In this document: positions 35,653-45,197 of the stretch, in pieces
Layout of the letters: each line of letters opens with the position of its first letter
Numbering within the stretch: the first letter of the stretch is position 1
Source of the DNA: an uncultured Planctomycetaceae bacterium
GTDB lineage: Bacteria; Planctomycetota; Planctomycetia; Pirellulales; Thermoguttaceae
Assembly: GCA_964637625.1 (NCBI GenBank)
Contig: CAZWWC010000001.1
Span: 1,958-54,554 of the forward strand
DNA: 52,597 nt
Direction: 5' to 3'
Program-made: the position numbers and the translations under genes
Notes under the pieces: generated by a model
Told to the model about the DNA's origin: nothing
The model's input: the letters and a program-made list of their open reading frames with translations, nothing else
Databases searched by the model: none

Positions 35653-36471
35653 ATGAATACTGACAATCATCGCAAAGCAGAAGTGAGAGACTTCTGGAAC
35701 GACAAAAGCTGTGGTGAAGTATATGCCGTTGGGCAGTCAGAGAACGACTATTATGAATCACATCGTGCAGCAAGGTATAGACTTGAACCTTACATCTATG
35801 ATTTTGCCAAGTTTCATGAAGGACGTGGCAAAGATGTTCTGGAAATTGGAATCGGCATGGGAGCAGACCATGTTGAATGGGCCAAATCAAACCCAAGATC
35901 TCTGACCGGAGTCGATTTAACTCCCAGGGCTGTTGAACACACGAAGAAGAGACTGGCCGTCTATCAATTAACATCGGATGTCCAAGTGGCGGATGCAGAG
36001 AAGCTGCCATTCCATGATGATTCATTTGATTTGGTGTATTCATGGGGTGTCTTGCACCATACCCCCAATACGCCGCAGGCTATCCGTGAGGTTTTTCGAG
36101 TGCTCCGGCCTGGCGGGATAACCAGAATGATGATTTATCACAAGTATTCTCTCACGGGCTACATGTTATGGATTCGGTATGGTTTCTTGGCGGGGCGTCC
36201 TTTCCGTTCCCTTAGTGAAATCTATGCCAACCACCTGGAGAGCCCCGGAACAAAAACATATTCCATTGAAGAAGCAAGAAAGATGTTATCTCAATTCGTC
36301 CAGGTGGATATGAAGATCCAGTTAGGCTTCGGTGATCTATTAGAAGGTGCTGCCGGTCAAAGACACAGCGGCATATTGTTGTCGATCGCTAAGAAGTTGT
36401 GGCCTAGAAGACTACTGAAAACTGTGTTTAAGCATCATGGATTGATGTTGCTCATAGAGGCAAGAAAATAG
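35653..36471 (+). CDS. Class I SAM-dependent methyltransferase (Methyltransf_11-like)
   Basis: VLEIGIGMGADHVEW (motif I), LTGVDLTPRAVEH, and ADAEKLPFHDDSFDLVYSWGVLHHTPN...VFRVLRPGG. Confidence 0.8.
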   Translation: MNTDNHRKAEVRDFWNDKSCGEVYAVGQSENDYYESHRAARYRLEPYIYDFAKFHEGRGKDVLEIGIGMGADHVEWAKSNPRSLTGVDLTPRAVEHTKKRLAVYQLTSDVQVADAEKLPFHDDSFDLVYSWGVLHHTPNTPQAIREVFRVLRPGGITRMMIYHKYSLTGYMLWIRYGFLAGRPFRSLSEIYANHLESPGTKTYSIEEARKMLSQFVQVDMKIQLGFGDLLEGAAGQRHSGILLSIAKKLWPRRLLKTVFKHHGLMLLIEARK

Positions 36472-36660
36472 AAGGCGGAGTCTCTGGGGTCATGGAAAGT
36501 GAAGTGGCCCTGGTGCTCTCGACTGAAAACCGGGGCATTCCAAAAGGACTTGACAATTAAAGTAGAGCCCATGAGTACAGGATGGGTGTCACTCGCGGGG
36601 GCACACGCGACAGTTTCCTTGAGCAAGACGAATAACCTATCGGGGTCGTAAGACACGCGC

Positions 36661-38436
36661 ATGTGCGGGATCTTTGGCTGCATTTCGACCGATAAAGTTC
36701 TCATCGAAGAGAACATCCTCCCTCATCGTGGGCCGGATGACTGGGGTGTGAAGTACTTTCACACCCCCGTTGGGCATTTGACTCTGTTCCAATCGCGTTT
36801 GAGTATCATCGGTCTCGGCAAACAGGGGCATCAACCCTTCGAGAAGCATCCGGGCAAGGTCCTTACGTACAACGGGGAAATATACAATTTCAAGGATCTG
36901 CGCGAAGAATTGCGCCAAGGCCACGGCGTGGATTTCTCCACGCAAACCGATACAGAGGTCCTTTACGAAGCGCTCATCTGTTGGGGATGGCGACGCACGC
37001 TGGAAAAGGTTAACGGAATCTTCGCCTTCTCTTTCTATGACGCCGACCAACAGACCATCGTGCTCGTCAGGGATCATTTAGGTGTCAAGCCCATCTATTA
37101 CTCCTTCGCCGATAACGTGATGACGTGGAGTTCAGAGGCCAAGACGTTCTTTGCACTGGGCCTTGTCTCGCCGGTGCTGAACAAACCTCTGCTTGGCGAA
37201 TACTTCGCCAACGGATGGATCTACGAGCCCGACACGCTTTTTGCCGGCGTTTTCAAGCTCGAGGCCGGTCATTGCGTGGAAATCAACGTCGCCGACCGCA
37301 CATGGACGAAAACTCGTTACTGGGACGTTGCCAACGCCTCCCACGACGCAAACGTCGATATAGCGACCATCGTGAAGGATCAAACGGTTGCCGACGTCCC
37401 GATCGGAACGTATTTCAGCGGTGGCGTCGATTCATCCATCGTCGTTTGCTTGCTGAAGGATAAGAACCTCACCAACTTCAATCTGGCCATGGGTGATTCC
37501 GAATCAAAGCGCGTCTCGATCATGGCCAAAAAGTATTGCCTGCAAATGGAATACATCCATTATGAACCGAGTAATCTGTCGGTTTATGACCGGTTGGTGT
37601 ATTACATGGATGAACCCATCGCCGACGCGGCGATTCTTCCCGCGTACTTGTTGGCGCAGAAGTCCAGGCAAGCGGGTCGCGTTGTGATGCTCTCAGGCAT
37701 GGGCGGCGACGAGATCGATGCCGGCTACACGCGCCACAAGATTCTCGCTAGACTCGGGTGTTTTAGGATGCTGCGATGGGTCCCCGCCTTCTTGATCGAG
37801 ACCGTGGCACGAGGGCGTATCAAGCGCGACCTTCTGCGATTGAAACGTTTCGTTGATGCTCCGGTTCCCGAAAACTACTTCAGCCTGACCAGTTATTTCT
37901 CGCGAGAGGAAATCGAGAATCTCGTCGGTGAGGGTTGGTTTTCGTCCTATCAGGACAAGATCGCAGGCTTGACGAAATCAGTGGACGCCACCCATGTGTT
38001 TCATTACCTCGATTTCAAAGGGTTTCTGAGCAGCCACAATCTGATCTATATGGACAAGGCATCCATGGCCGCGTCCATCGAGGTGCGAGTGCCGCTGTTG
38101 GATAAGAATCTGGCCGCGAAGTTCTTCAAGACCATTCACCTTCGGTCCCACGCAAACAAATCTCGCCTGAAGGCGTATTTGAAAACGTTGCTCGGAGATG
38201 ATTATGTCGACGTTAAAAAAGCGGGCTTCCGATACGACATCGACAAATGGTTATTGCACCACATCGATTGGGCTGAGGTCTGCGACTTCTTCGAACGCGA
38301 AAAAGTGCTGAATACTCAGCCTTTGCGATCCTATTTGGCCCAAGCGGGCAAGAGTATTGTTGAAATGTCAGCAAAACTGTGGCACTTCTACACACTCTAT
38401 ATTTGGATCAGGACTTTCCACGTCAAATGTCACTGA
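36661..38436 (+). CDS. asnB: Asparagine synthase (glutamine-hydrolysing)-family amidotransferase
   Basis: It starts MCGIFG (the Ntn Cys2 glutaminase start). GEIYNFKDLREEL and DTEVL are in the GATase domain. The PP-loop is YFSGGVDSSIVV, followed by LSGMGGDEIDAGY. Confidence 0.85.
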   Translation: MCGIFGCISTDKVLIEENILPHRGPDDWGVKYFHTPVGHLTLFQSRLSIIGLGKQGHQPFEKHPGKVLTYNGEIYNFKDLREELRQGHGVDFSTQTDTEVLYEALICWGWRRTLEKVNGIFAFSFYDADQQTIVLVRDHLGVKPIYYSFADNVMTWSSEAKTFFALGLVSPVLNKPLLGEYFANGWIYEPDTLFAGVFKLEAGHCVEINVADRTWTKTRYWDVANASHDANVDIATIVKDQTVADVPIGTYFSGGVDSSIVVCLLKDKNLTNFNLAMGDSESKRVSIMAKKYCLQMEYIHYEPSNLSVYDRLVYYMDEPIADAAILPAYLLAQKSRQAGRVVMLSGMGGDEIDAGYTRHKILARLGCFRMLRWVPAFLIETVARGRIKRDLLRLKRFVDAPVPENYFSLTSYFSREEIENLVGEGWFSSYQDKIAGLTKSVDATHVFHYLDFKGFLSSHNLIYMDKASMAASIEVRVPLLDKNLAAKFFKTIHLRSHANKSRLKAYLKTLLGDDYVDVKKAGFRYDIDKWLLHHIDWAEVCDFFEREKVLNTQPLRSYLAQAGKSIVEMSAKLWHFYTLYIWIRTFHVKCH

Positions 38437-38469
38437 TCTGCCAGCAGCAAGTTTCGAGGGACACTTTGT

Positions 38470-40680
38470 ATGAAACAAATGCTCCAAAACCTGAAGTCCG
38501 GCAAGATCAGTGCGGCCGACGTCCCGCGGCCTTTGCTCTTGCCCGACGGAATCCTCGTCCGCACCCGCAAGTCGCTCATCTCCGCCGGCACCGAGCGGAT
38601 GATGCTCCAGCTGGGTAAGAAGAGCCTGCTGGGCAAAGCCAAGCAACGGCCCGACCTGGTCAAAAAAGTGCTCGAGAAAGTCCGCCGCGACGGACTGCTG
38701 GCCACCTTCAAGACCGTGCGCGACAAGCTCGACAGCGACATGCCCCTGGGCTACAGCAACGCCGGCGACGTGCTCGAGGTCGGCGCCCACGCGAGACGGT
38801 TTGAAGTCGGCCAGCGCGTCGCCTGCGCGGGTGCTGGTTACGCGAATCATGCCGACGTCAATTACATCCCCCGGCTGTTGGCCGTACCGCTGCCTGAAGG
38901 CGTCTCCTACGAAGCGGCCGCCTATTCCACGGTCGGCACGATTGCCCTGCAGGGCATCCGCCTGGCCGATCTCCGCGTGGGCGAAACCGTGGTCGTGCTC
39001 GGGCTCGGGCTGATCGGACAACTGAGCGTGCAGATACTCAAAGCCTCGGGTTGCCGCACCGCGGCGCTCGACTTGGCGCCCGACCGCGTCAGGTTGGCCG
39101 CCGGGCACGGGGCCGATTTGGCCCTGGTCATCGAGGGCGAACCGACCGAGAAACAGGTGCTCGATTTCACTCGCCGACGCGGCGCCGACGCGATCCTCAT
39201 CACGGCCGCCACCAGTAGCAACGAGCCGGTCCAACAGGCGGCCCGACTGGCCCGGGACCGCGCCCGGGTCATCATGGTCGGCGTGACCGGCATGGACATT
39301 CCGCGAAGAGACTACTTCGAGAAGGAGCTGACCTTCATGGTGTCGCGCAGCTACGGCCCAGGCCGCTACGACACCGACTACGAAGAACACGGCCGCGACT
39401 ACCCGGTCGGCTACGTCCGCTGGACGGAGAACCGAAACATCGAAGCGTTTCTCGACATGGTTGCCGCCGGCACGGTTCGGCCCGAGGTGCTCACCACCCA
39501 TCGGTTCCCGATTGCCGAGGCCGAAAAGGCGTTTGAATTGATCCTCGCTGGCAGCGAGCCCCATCTGGGCGTGGTCCTCGACTATCCCGAATCCGATGGT
39601 GGGGCGGAGGCCGCTGAAGCCACACGAATCGAGCTTGCCGGGCCAACCACTCCCAAGGCGACCGAAAAGGTGGGGGTCTCTTGTGTCGGCGCCGGTTCGT
39701 TCGCGCGATCATTCCACCTTCCCAACTTGGCCAAGCTGCCGACGGTGCAGCTACGGGGGATTGCCGACGCATCGGGTGCCGCCGCCCGGGGCGCCGGCGA
39801 TAAGTTTGGTTTCGCGTTTTGCACCTCGACCGTAGAAGAAGTGCTCGGCGACGCCCAGACCGACGTCGTCCTGCTGACCACGCCCCACTCGCAACACGCC
39901 GACGGCGTTTGTCGGGCCCTGGCCGCCGGCAAGTCCGTCTTCGTCGAGAAGCCGCTGGCGATCGACATCGAGGGACTTCGGAAGGTCTACGGGGCGCTTG
40001 CGGCCCAATCGGGCAGTCTGATGGTCGGCTACAACCGCCGCTTCTCGCCACTGGCCGTTTCGCTGGGGGAGTTTCTTTCCGGCCGGGGACCGCTTTGCGT
40101 TCAATACCGGTGCAACGCGGGCCCATTGCCCGAGAAACACTGGATCGCCGACCCGGCCGAAGGCGGCCGGATTATCGGCGAGGCGTGCCATTTCTTCGAT
40201 TTTTTTGCGTTTTTGACCGGCAGCCGGCCCTCGCGCGTGTATGCCTCGGCCCCGTCGGTCGACTCCGCCGACGACGCGGCGGTGACGATCGACTACGAGG
40301 ACGGCTCGGTCTGTCAACTCGTCTATACGACAACCGGCCCTACATCTTACAGCAAGGAACGGATCGAGGCGTTCGCCGGAGGCGCGGCCGGCGTGATCGA
40401 GGATTATCGAGTCCTACGTCTCGACGGTGGCCCGCGCCGGATCAAGCCTCGCAAACTGATGCAGGCCAACAAGGGACATCTCGAGGAGATCGCGTCGTTT
40501 CTCGATTCCGTCAGGCAGGGCCGGCCGGCACCCATCGACGTCGAGTCGCTTTTGGACACCACGCTGGTCAGCTTCGCGGCACTGGCCAGCATCCAGGGCG
40601 GCGAGCCGATCGCCCTGGATGACTTGAGAAAGCTCTTGATCGCCGAAGACAGGCAGAGTCCGCCGCCGGAAGGCACATGA
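38470..40680 (+). CDS. Bi-domain oxidoreductase (MDR/zinc-alcohol-dehydrogenase-like N-domain fused to a Gfo/Idh/MocA C-domain)
   Basis: The N-half shows ISAGTERMM...LGYSNAGDVLEVG and the Rossmann motif VVVLGLGLIGQL. The C-half shows VGVSCVGAGSFARSFHLPNL...VLLTTPHSQHAD...AGKSVFVEKPLA, typical of Gfo/Idh/MocA. Confidence 0.8.
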   Translation: MKQMLQNLKSGKISAADVPRPLLLPDGILVRTRKSLISAGTERMMLQLGKKSLLGKAKQRPDLVKKVLEKVRRDGLLATFKTVRDKLDSDMPLGYSNAGDVLEVGAHARRFEVGQRVACAGAGYANHADVNYIPRLLAVPLPEGVSYEAAAYSTVGTIALQGIRLADLRVGETVVVLGLGLIGQLSVQILKASGCRTAALDLAPDRVRLAAGHGADLALVIEGEPTEKQVLDFTRRRGADAILITAATSSNEPVQQAARLARDRARVIMVGVTGMDIPRRDYFEKELTFMVSRSYGPGRYDTDYEEHGRDYPVGYVRWTENRNIEAFLDMVAAGTVRPEVLTTHRFPIAEAEKAFELILAGSEPHLGVVLDYPESDGGAEAAEATRIELAGPTTPKATEKVGVSCVGAGSFARSFHLPNLAKLPTVQLRGIADASGAAARGAGDKFGFAFCTSTVEEVLGDAQTDVVLLTTPHSQHADGVCRALAAGKSVFVEKPLAIDIEGLRKVYGALAAQSGSLMVGYNRRFSPLAVSLGEFLSGRGPLCVQYRCNAGPLPEKHWIADPAEGGRIIGEACHFFDFFAFLTGSRPSRVYASAPSVDSADDAAVTIDYEDGSVCQLVYTTTGPTSYSKERIEAFAGGAAGVIEDYRVLRLDGGPRRIKPRKLMQANKGHLEEIASFLDSVRQGRPAPIDVESLLDTTLVSFAALASIQGGEPIALDDLRKLLIAEDRQSPPPEGT

Positions 40681-40702
40681 CCAACACTCCCCTTCTCCGA
40701 GC

Positions 40703-42490
40703 ATGTCCAATCTGGCTAAAACCTTTCGCACGATCCGCCACCTACGGCTCTCGCAGCTCTATTGGCGGCTGCGCTACCGGTACCAGAGCGGTCGACCGGT
40801 CGTGACACCGGGCGTGCCGGGTACCCCGGTTGCGCGAGAGGATTTTCCCCAGGGTGCCACTGGCGTCCCGCCAGTGCTCATGGAACAAGGGTACGGGCAG
40901 GATGCCCGTGGCACCGACACCGACGAGCAACTCGTCGAACAACTTGAGCACGGACGATTTGTCCATCTCAATGAGGCGCGCGAGCTGGGGACCGATCCGG
41001 TCGACTGGCGCTTGGGTCGGCGAGATTCGGACCGACTGTGGATCATCACGCTCCACTATCACGCCTGGGCCTGGCGGCTTGCCCGGCTGGTGCGCGACGG
41101 CGGAGAACTGGGCCGCCGGGCCGATCGGCTGTTGCGACGCTACCTGGGCGACTGGATCACGCGATGCGATCTCACGGTCGACGCAGCCCGCCCCTTGGCA
41201 TGGAACGCCTATGCGGTGGCCACGCGCATCGGCTGGTGGTGCCGCTTGTACCATCTGCTGGGCCGGCAGGGTCGCCAAAGCTGGGCTGCGCTCGAGCCGG
41301 TCTTTCTCGAAAGCCTCTGGAGCCAGGCGTCCTACCTGGAAAACCACTTGGAGCGAGACGTCCGGGCGAACCACCTGCTTCGCGACGCCGTGGGGCTGGC
41401 CTGGGCCGGACGGTTCTTCGAGGGACCGCGACCCAGACGGTGGCTGCAAACCGCCGCCGGCCTGGCCGCCGGGCAAGCCGATGAACAGGTGCTCCCCGAC
41501 GGAGGACACTTTGAACGCTCGCCCATGTATCACGTCGAGGTGATGGAAGACCTTCTCACCCTGAGCGCGTTGCTCGAAGACAACGACGCGCAGCAACACA
41601 TGAAGGAAACCTGGCGGCGCATGGCCGAGTTTCTGGTCTGGGTCCGTCATCCCGACGGCCGGGTGCCGCTGCTGGGCGACGGCGGATTCAACGGCACGTG
41701 CACCCCGGCGGCCATGTTCGCCAAGGGAAAAGAATTGCTCGGCATCGACATCGATACGTCGCTGCCGTCCGGCGGGCGGTGGTTCGAGGATTTCGGCCTG
41801 GCCGTCTGGCACGGACGGCCCTGGAGCGTCTTTTTCGACGTGGGACCGGTAGGGGTTGACTATCAGCCGGGCCATGCCCACGCCGACACGCTCACCTTTG
41901 AGGCCTCATACAATGGACACCGCGTATTCGTCGATCCAGGCACCTTGCGTTATGACAATGATGACTCGCGTCGCTACGATCGCGCAACCGCCTCGCACAA
42001 CACGGTCTGCCTCGACGAAACCGATTCGAGCGAGGTCTGGCACATCTTTCGCGTCGGCCGCCGGGCGCGGCCCGTCGACGTACGCTTCGAGGGCCGAGCC
42101 GACGGCATGACCGCCGCGGCCGGTCATACCGGCTACGACCATCTTCGGGGACGCCCTCGCCACCGGCGAGAGCTCCAAGTCGACAACCTGGGCGTACTGG
42201 TCATCACGGATCGGTTCGAAGGTCGAGGGCGACACTACATCAAGGGCGGGCTGCTCCTTGCTCCCGAGTGGGAAGCCGTCGAAGTGGACAACGGCTGGCA
42301 ACTGCGCCGTGAAAGGAATATGATCGAAGTGGCGATCGACGCGCCCAAGGCCATCCGGCCGGGGCTTCAGGAGGTTGCCTATCACCCTGAATACGGCTTG
42401 GAGAAGCCGACGCGGCGCATTTGCTGGGAGGGCGAGCTAGAGTTTCCCAATGAGACGATCCTTCGTGTTGTGCCACGAGAACCCGCATAA
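40703..42490 (+). CDS. Heparinase II/III-like (alginate-lyase-fold) family protein
   Basis: N-terminal IRHLRLSQLYWRLRYR, then NHLLRDAVGLAWAGRFF, DGGHFERSPMYH, PDGRVPLLGDG and GHAHADTLTFE. These are blocks I associate with the heparinase II/III family found in O-antigen/EPS loci. Confidence 0.75.
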   Translation: MSNLAKTFRTIRHLRLSQLYWRLRYRYQSGRPVVTPGVPGTPVAREDFPQGATGVPPVLMEQGYGQDARGTDTDEQLVEQLEHGRFVHLNEARELGTDPVDWRLGRRDSDRLWIITLHYHAWAWRLARLVRDGGELGRRADRLLRRYLGDWITRCDLTVDAARPLAWNAYAVATRIGWWCRLYHLLGRQGRQSWAALEPVFLESLWSQASYLENHLERDVRANHLLRDAVGLAWAGRFFEGPRPRRWLQTAAGLAAGQADEQVLPDGGHFERSPMYHVEVMEDLLTLSALLEDNDAQQHMKETWRRMAEFLVWVRHPDGRVPLLGDGGFNGTCTPAAMFAKGKELLGIDIDTSLPSGGRWFEDFGLAVWHGRPWSVFFDVGPVGVDYQPGHAHADTLTFEASYNGHRVFVDPGTLRYDNDDSRRYDRATASHNTVCLDETDSSEVWHIFRVGRRARPVDVRFEGRADGMTAAAGHTGYDHLRGRPRHRRELQVDNLGVLVITDRFEGRGRHYIKGGLLLAPEWEAVEVDNGWQLRRERNMIEVAIDAPKAIRPGLQEVAYHPEYGLEKPTRRICWEGELEFPNETILRVVPREPA

Positions 42491-42506
42491 TCCTGAAAAT
42501 AAGTTC

Positions 42507-43787
42507 ATGCACATCCTGTATGTGTCCCAGTATTTTCCGCCGGAGATGGGTGCCCCGTCGGCCCGAGTCTACGACTTGGCCAAACAATGGGTCCGGCAAG
42601 GCCATGAAGTGACGGTACTCACGGCCTTTCCCCACCACCCGGTAGGCATCAAGCGGCCGAAAGATCGGGGCGTCATTACCCGACGCGAAACCGTCGACGG
42701 AATCGACGTCGTTCGCTCCTATGTCTTTGCGGTTCCCAACCGGGGCACGGTGAAACGGATGATCTCCTATGCATCGTTCATGATCTCCGCTATCGTCATC
42801 GGGCTGTTCCGCACCGGTCAACCGGACATCGTCATTGCGACCTCGCCTCAACTGCTCTGCGGGGCGGCCGGCTACGTTCTTGCACGCTTGAAACGTCGTC
42901 CCTTTGTCCTCGAGGTCCGCGATCTTTGGCCCGAATCGATGTTGGCCACCGAGGTTGTCAAGTCCGAAAATGCCATTGTTCGCGGCCTGAAATGGTTGGC
43001 TCGTCATCTCTACGTGCACAGTGATCGGATCGTTACGGTGGGCGAGGGCTACGCAGCCGGTATCCATGAACTCTACGGAATCAGCCGTAAAAAGATGAGT
43101 GTCGTCCACAACGGAATCGACGTTGAACTGTTCGTGCCGGGCAATCGCGACAACGACCTCCGCCGGGAATACGGGTGGGACGACAAGTTTATTGCGCTTT
43201 ACCTGGGCACGCACGGCATGGCCCACGCGCTGGAAACCGTTCTGGAAGTCGCCCGGACGTTTCGCGACGATCCCACCAAACTGTTCGTGCTCGTGGGCGA
43301 GGGTGCCGAAAAGGACAAGTTGAAGGCGCTGGCCGCCGAGTGGGAGTTACCCAACGTGCAATTCATCGACCAACAACCCCGTGATCGGGTGATCCGCCTG
43401 TACGCGGCCTGCGATGTGGGTATCGTCTGCCTGCGAAACAGCCCACGATTCCAAGAGGTGTTGCCGTCGAAGATTTTCGAGTATCTTGGAATGGAACGAC
43501 CGATTGTGCTGAGCGTCGAGGGAGAAGCGGCTAGGCTGGTTCGTGACGCCGGCGCGGGCGTATGCATTCCCCCCGAGGATGCCGACGCGATGGCCGAAGC
43601 GATCGAGCATTTGGCCGGGCAACCCGAGAAACTCGCCGCAATGGGCCGAAGCGGCCGGGACTATGTCCGAGAACACTTCGATCGGCGGAACCTGGCCAAA
43701 AAGTATTTGGACATCCTTGAGACAGTCCGAGCAGGAAAAACGGTTGAGGACGGCGCGCCCCACGACCATCGTATTGCCGCCGGATAG
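42507..43787 (+). CDS. Glycosyltransferase, GT4, WbuB-like
   Basis: The ATG at 42507 gives MHILYVSQYFPPEMGAPSARVYDLAKQWVRQGHEVTVLT, a typical WbuB-family N-terminus. The track start at 42450 would overlap the heparinase-like gene. The C-terminus shows LPSKIFEYLGMERPIV. Confidence 0.8.
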   Translation: MHILYVSQYFPPEMGAPSARVYDLAKQWVRQGHEVTVLTAFPHHPVGIKRPKDRGVITRRETVDGIDVVRSYVFAVPNRGTVKRMISYASFMISAIVIGLFRTGQPDIVIATSPQLLCGAAGYVLARLKRRPFVLEVRDLWPESMLATEVVKSENAIVRGLKWLARHLYVHSDRIVTVGEGYAAGIHELYGISRKKMSVVHNGIDVELFVPGNRDNDLRREYGWDDKFIALYLGTHGMAHALETVLEVARTFRDDPTKLFVLVGEGAEKDKLKALAAEWELPNVQFIDQQPRDRVIRLYAACDVGIVCLRNSPRFQEVLPSKIFEYLGMERPIVLSVEGEAARLVRDAGAGVCIPPEDADAMAEAIEHLAGQPEKLAAMGRSGRDYVREHFDRRNLAKKYLDILETVRAGKTVEDGAPHDHRIAAG

Positions 43788-43989
43788 AAAACCATGTAAC
43801 ACTCCAGCTGTGTAGGCAGCAACCGCGGTTGAAAAGCGGCCGTTTCTCGCGACGAGAACACTTGGTCGCCGTCCCGGCACGGCGACAGGACAGTACTCAG
43901 GGAAGACGTCGAGCAGGCTCGACGGCTGACGACGCCATACGGCTAACGTGTTGCCAAAACAGAAATCGTTATCTTATCGGAGCCTCTCC

Positions 43990-45105
43990 GTGGCCAAACT
44001 GCGTCTTGCCTGTATCGTAGGAGCACGTCCCAATCTCATGAAAATGGCGCCGCTCTTGCGCGCGCTGGGACCCTACTCCGACGTCGAGGCGGTGTTGATC
44101 CACACGGGCCAACACTACGACAAAAACCTCTCCGACGTCTTCTTCGAGCAGCTCGAAATGCCGCGGCCCGACGTTACGTTGGAAGTCGGCTCCGGCTCCC
44201 ACGCCGTGCAGACGGCCCGGGTCCTCGAACGATTCGAGGGCGTGCTGGTCGAAGCGGACCGGCAGGGGCGACCGTTCGACCGGGTAATTGTCGTCGGCGA
44301 CGTGAATTCGACCATGGCCGCCACGTTGGCCGCGGCCAAGCTGAACGTTCCGGTCGCCCACGTCGAGGCCGGGCTGCGAAGCTTCGACCGGACCATGCCC
44401 GAGGAAATCAACCGCATCGTCACCGACGCGATCGCCGATCTGCTGTTGGTCTCCGAACCGGCTGGTATGGAAAACCTGCGCCGGGAAGGCCACCCGGAAG
44501 AACATCTGCGGCTGGTCGGCAACGTCATGATCGATACGCTGAAGTTCATGTTACCCAAGGCCCGGCAGTGCGACACGCTGGCCAAGATGGGCCTTGAGCC
44601 AGGCAAATATGGCGTCGTCACGCTGCACCGGCCGTCGAACGTCGATGCGGCCGAAACGCTCCGGCCGATCCTCGACGTGTTGGTCGACGTCTCGGAGAGT
44701 CTGCCGGTTGTCTTTCCGATTCATCCACGCACGCAAGAGCGGATCAAACGCTTCGGGCTGGCCGAGAAGATGGACTCCGCCGGAGGTATGATCCAGACCG
44801 AGCCGCTGGGCTACCTCGAATTCCTGGCCCTGACGAGCCAGGCCAAAGTCATCGTGACCGACTCGGGCGGACTGCAGGAGGAATCGACCGTGCTGGGAAT
44901 CCCTTGCCTGACCGCGCGGCCGAACACCGAGCGGCCCATCACCGTAGGGCAGGGCACCAGCACACTGGTCGGCAACGACGCCGGGAAGCTGCGATCGTGC
45001 CTCGCCAGCGTGCTCGACGGCACGTATAAGCAGGGGACGTGTCCGGAACTCTGGGACGGACAGGCCGCCGAGCGAATCGCGCGGGTCTTGGTTGAAGGAA
45101 GCTAA
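43990..45105 (+). CDS. wecB: UDP-N-acetylglucosamine 2-epimerase (non-hydrolysing), second divergent paralogue
   Basis: Family blocks are ACIVGARPNLMKMAPL, IHTGQHYD, VVGDVNST, HVEAGLRSFD, PEEINR and TDSGGLQEESTVLGIPCLTARPNTERP. I place the start at GTG 43990, about 8 nt after a GGAG; the track start at 43948 is also possible. Confidence 0.8.
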   Translation: MAKLRLACIVGARPNLMKMAPLLRALGPYSDVEAVLIHTGQHYDKNLSDVFFEQLEMPRPDVTLEVGSGSHAVQTARVLERFEGVLVEADRQGRPFDRVIVVGDVNSTMAATLAAAKLNVPVAHVEAGLRSFDRTMPEEINRIVTDAIADLLLVSEPAGMENLRREGHPEEHLRLVGNVMIDTLKFMLPKARQCDTLAKMGLEPGKYGVVTLHRPSNVDAAETLRPILDVLVDVSESLPVVFPIHPRTQERIKRFGLAEKMDSAGGMIQTEPLGYLEFLALTSQAKVIVTDSGGLQEESTVLGIPCLTARPNTERPITVGQGTSTLVGNDAGKLRSCLASVLDGTYKQGTCPELWDGQAAERIARVLVEGS

Positions 45106-45197
45106 TGCCATAGTTGCAGGATGTCTGGCGCCGAGCGGGATGGACTTTCTGCGACGCTGTGGTAAGATGAGTGCCGTCATTTCCAGGAAGAAACCTT

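Noticed and set aside
43865-43924. Two GC-rich hairpins (gtcgccg-8 nt-cggcgac at 43865-43886; cgtcgag-cagg-ctcgacg at 43907-43924) between the WbuB-like gene and the second wecB, considered as intrinsic terminators.
   Set aside because: Neither is followed by a T-tract. Stems of 7 bp are common by chance in GC-rich DNA. At most they are RNA-stability elements.
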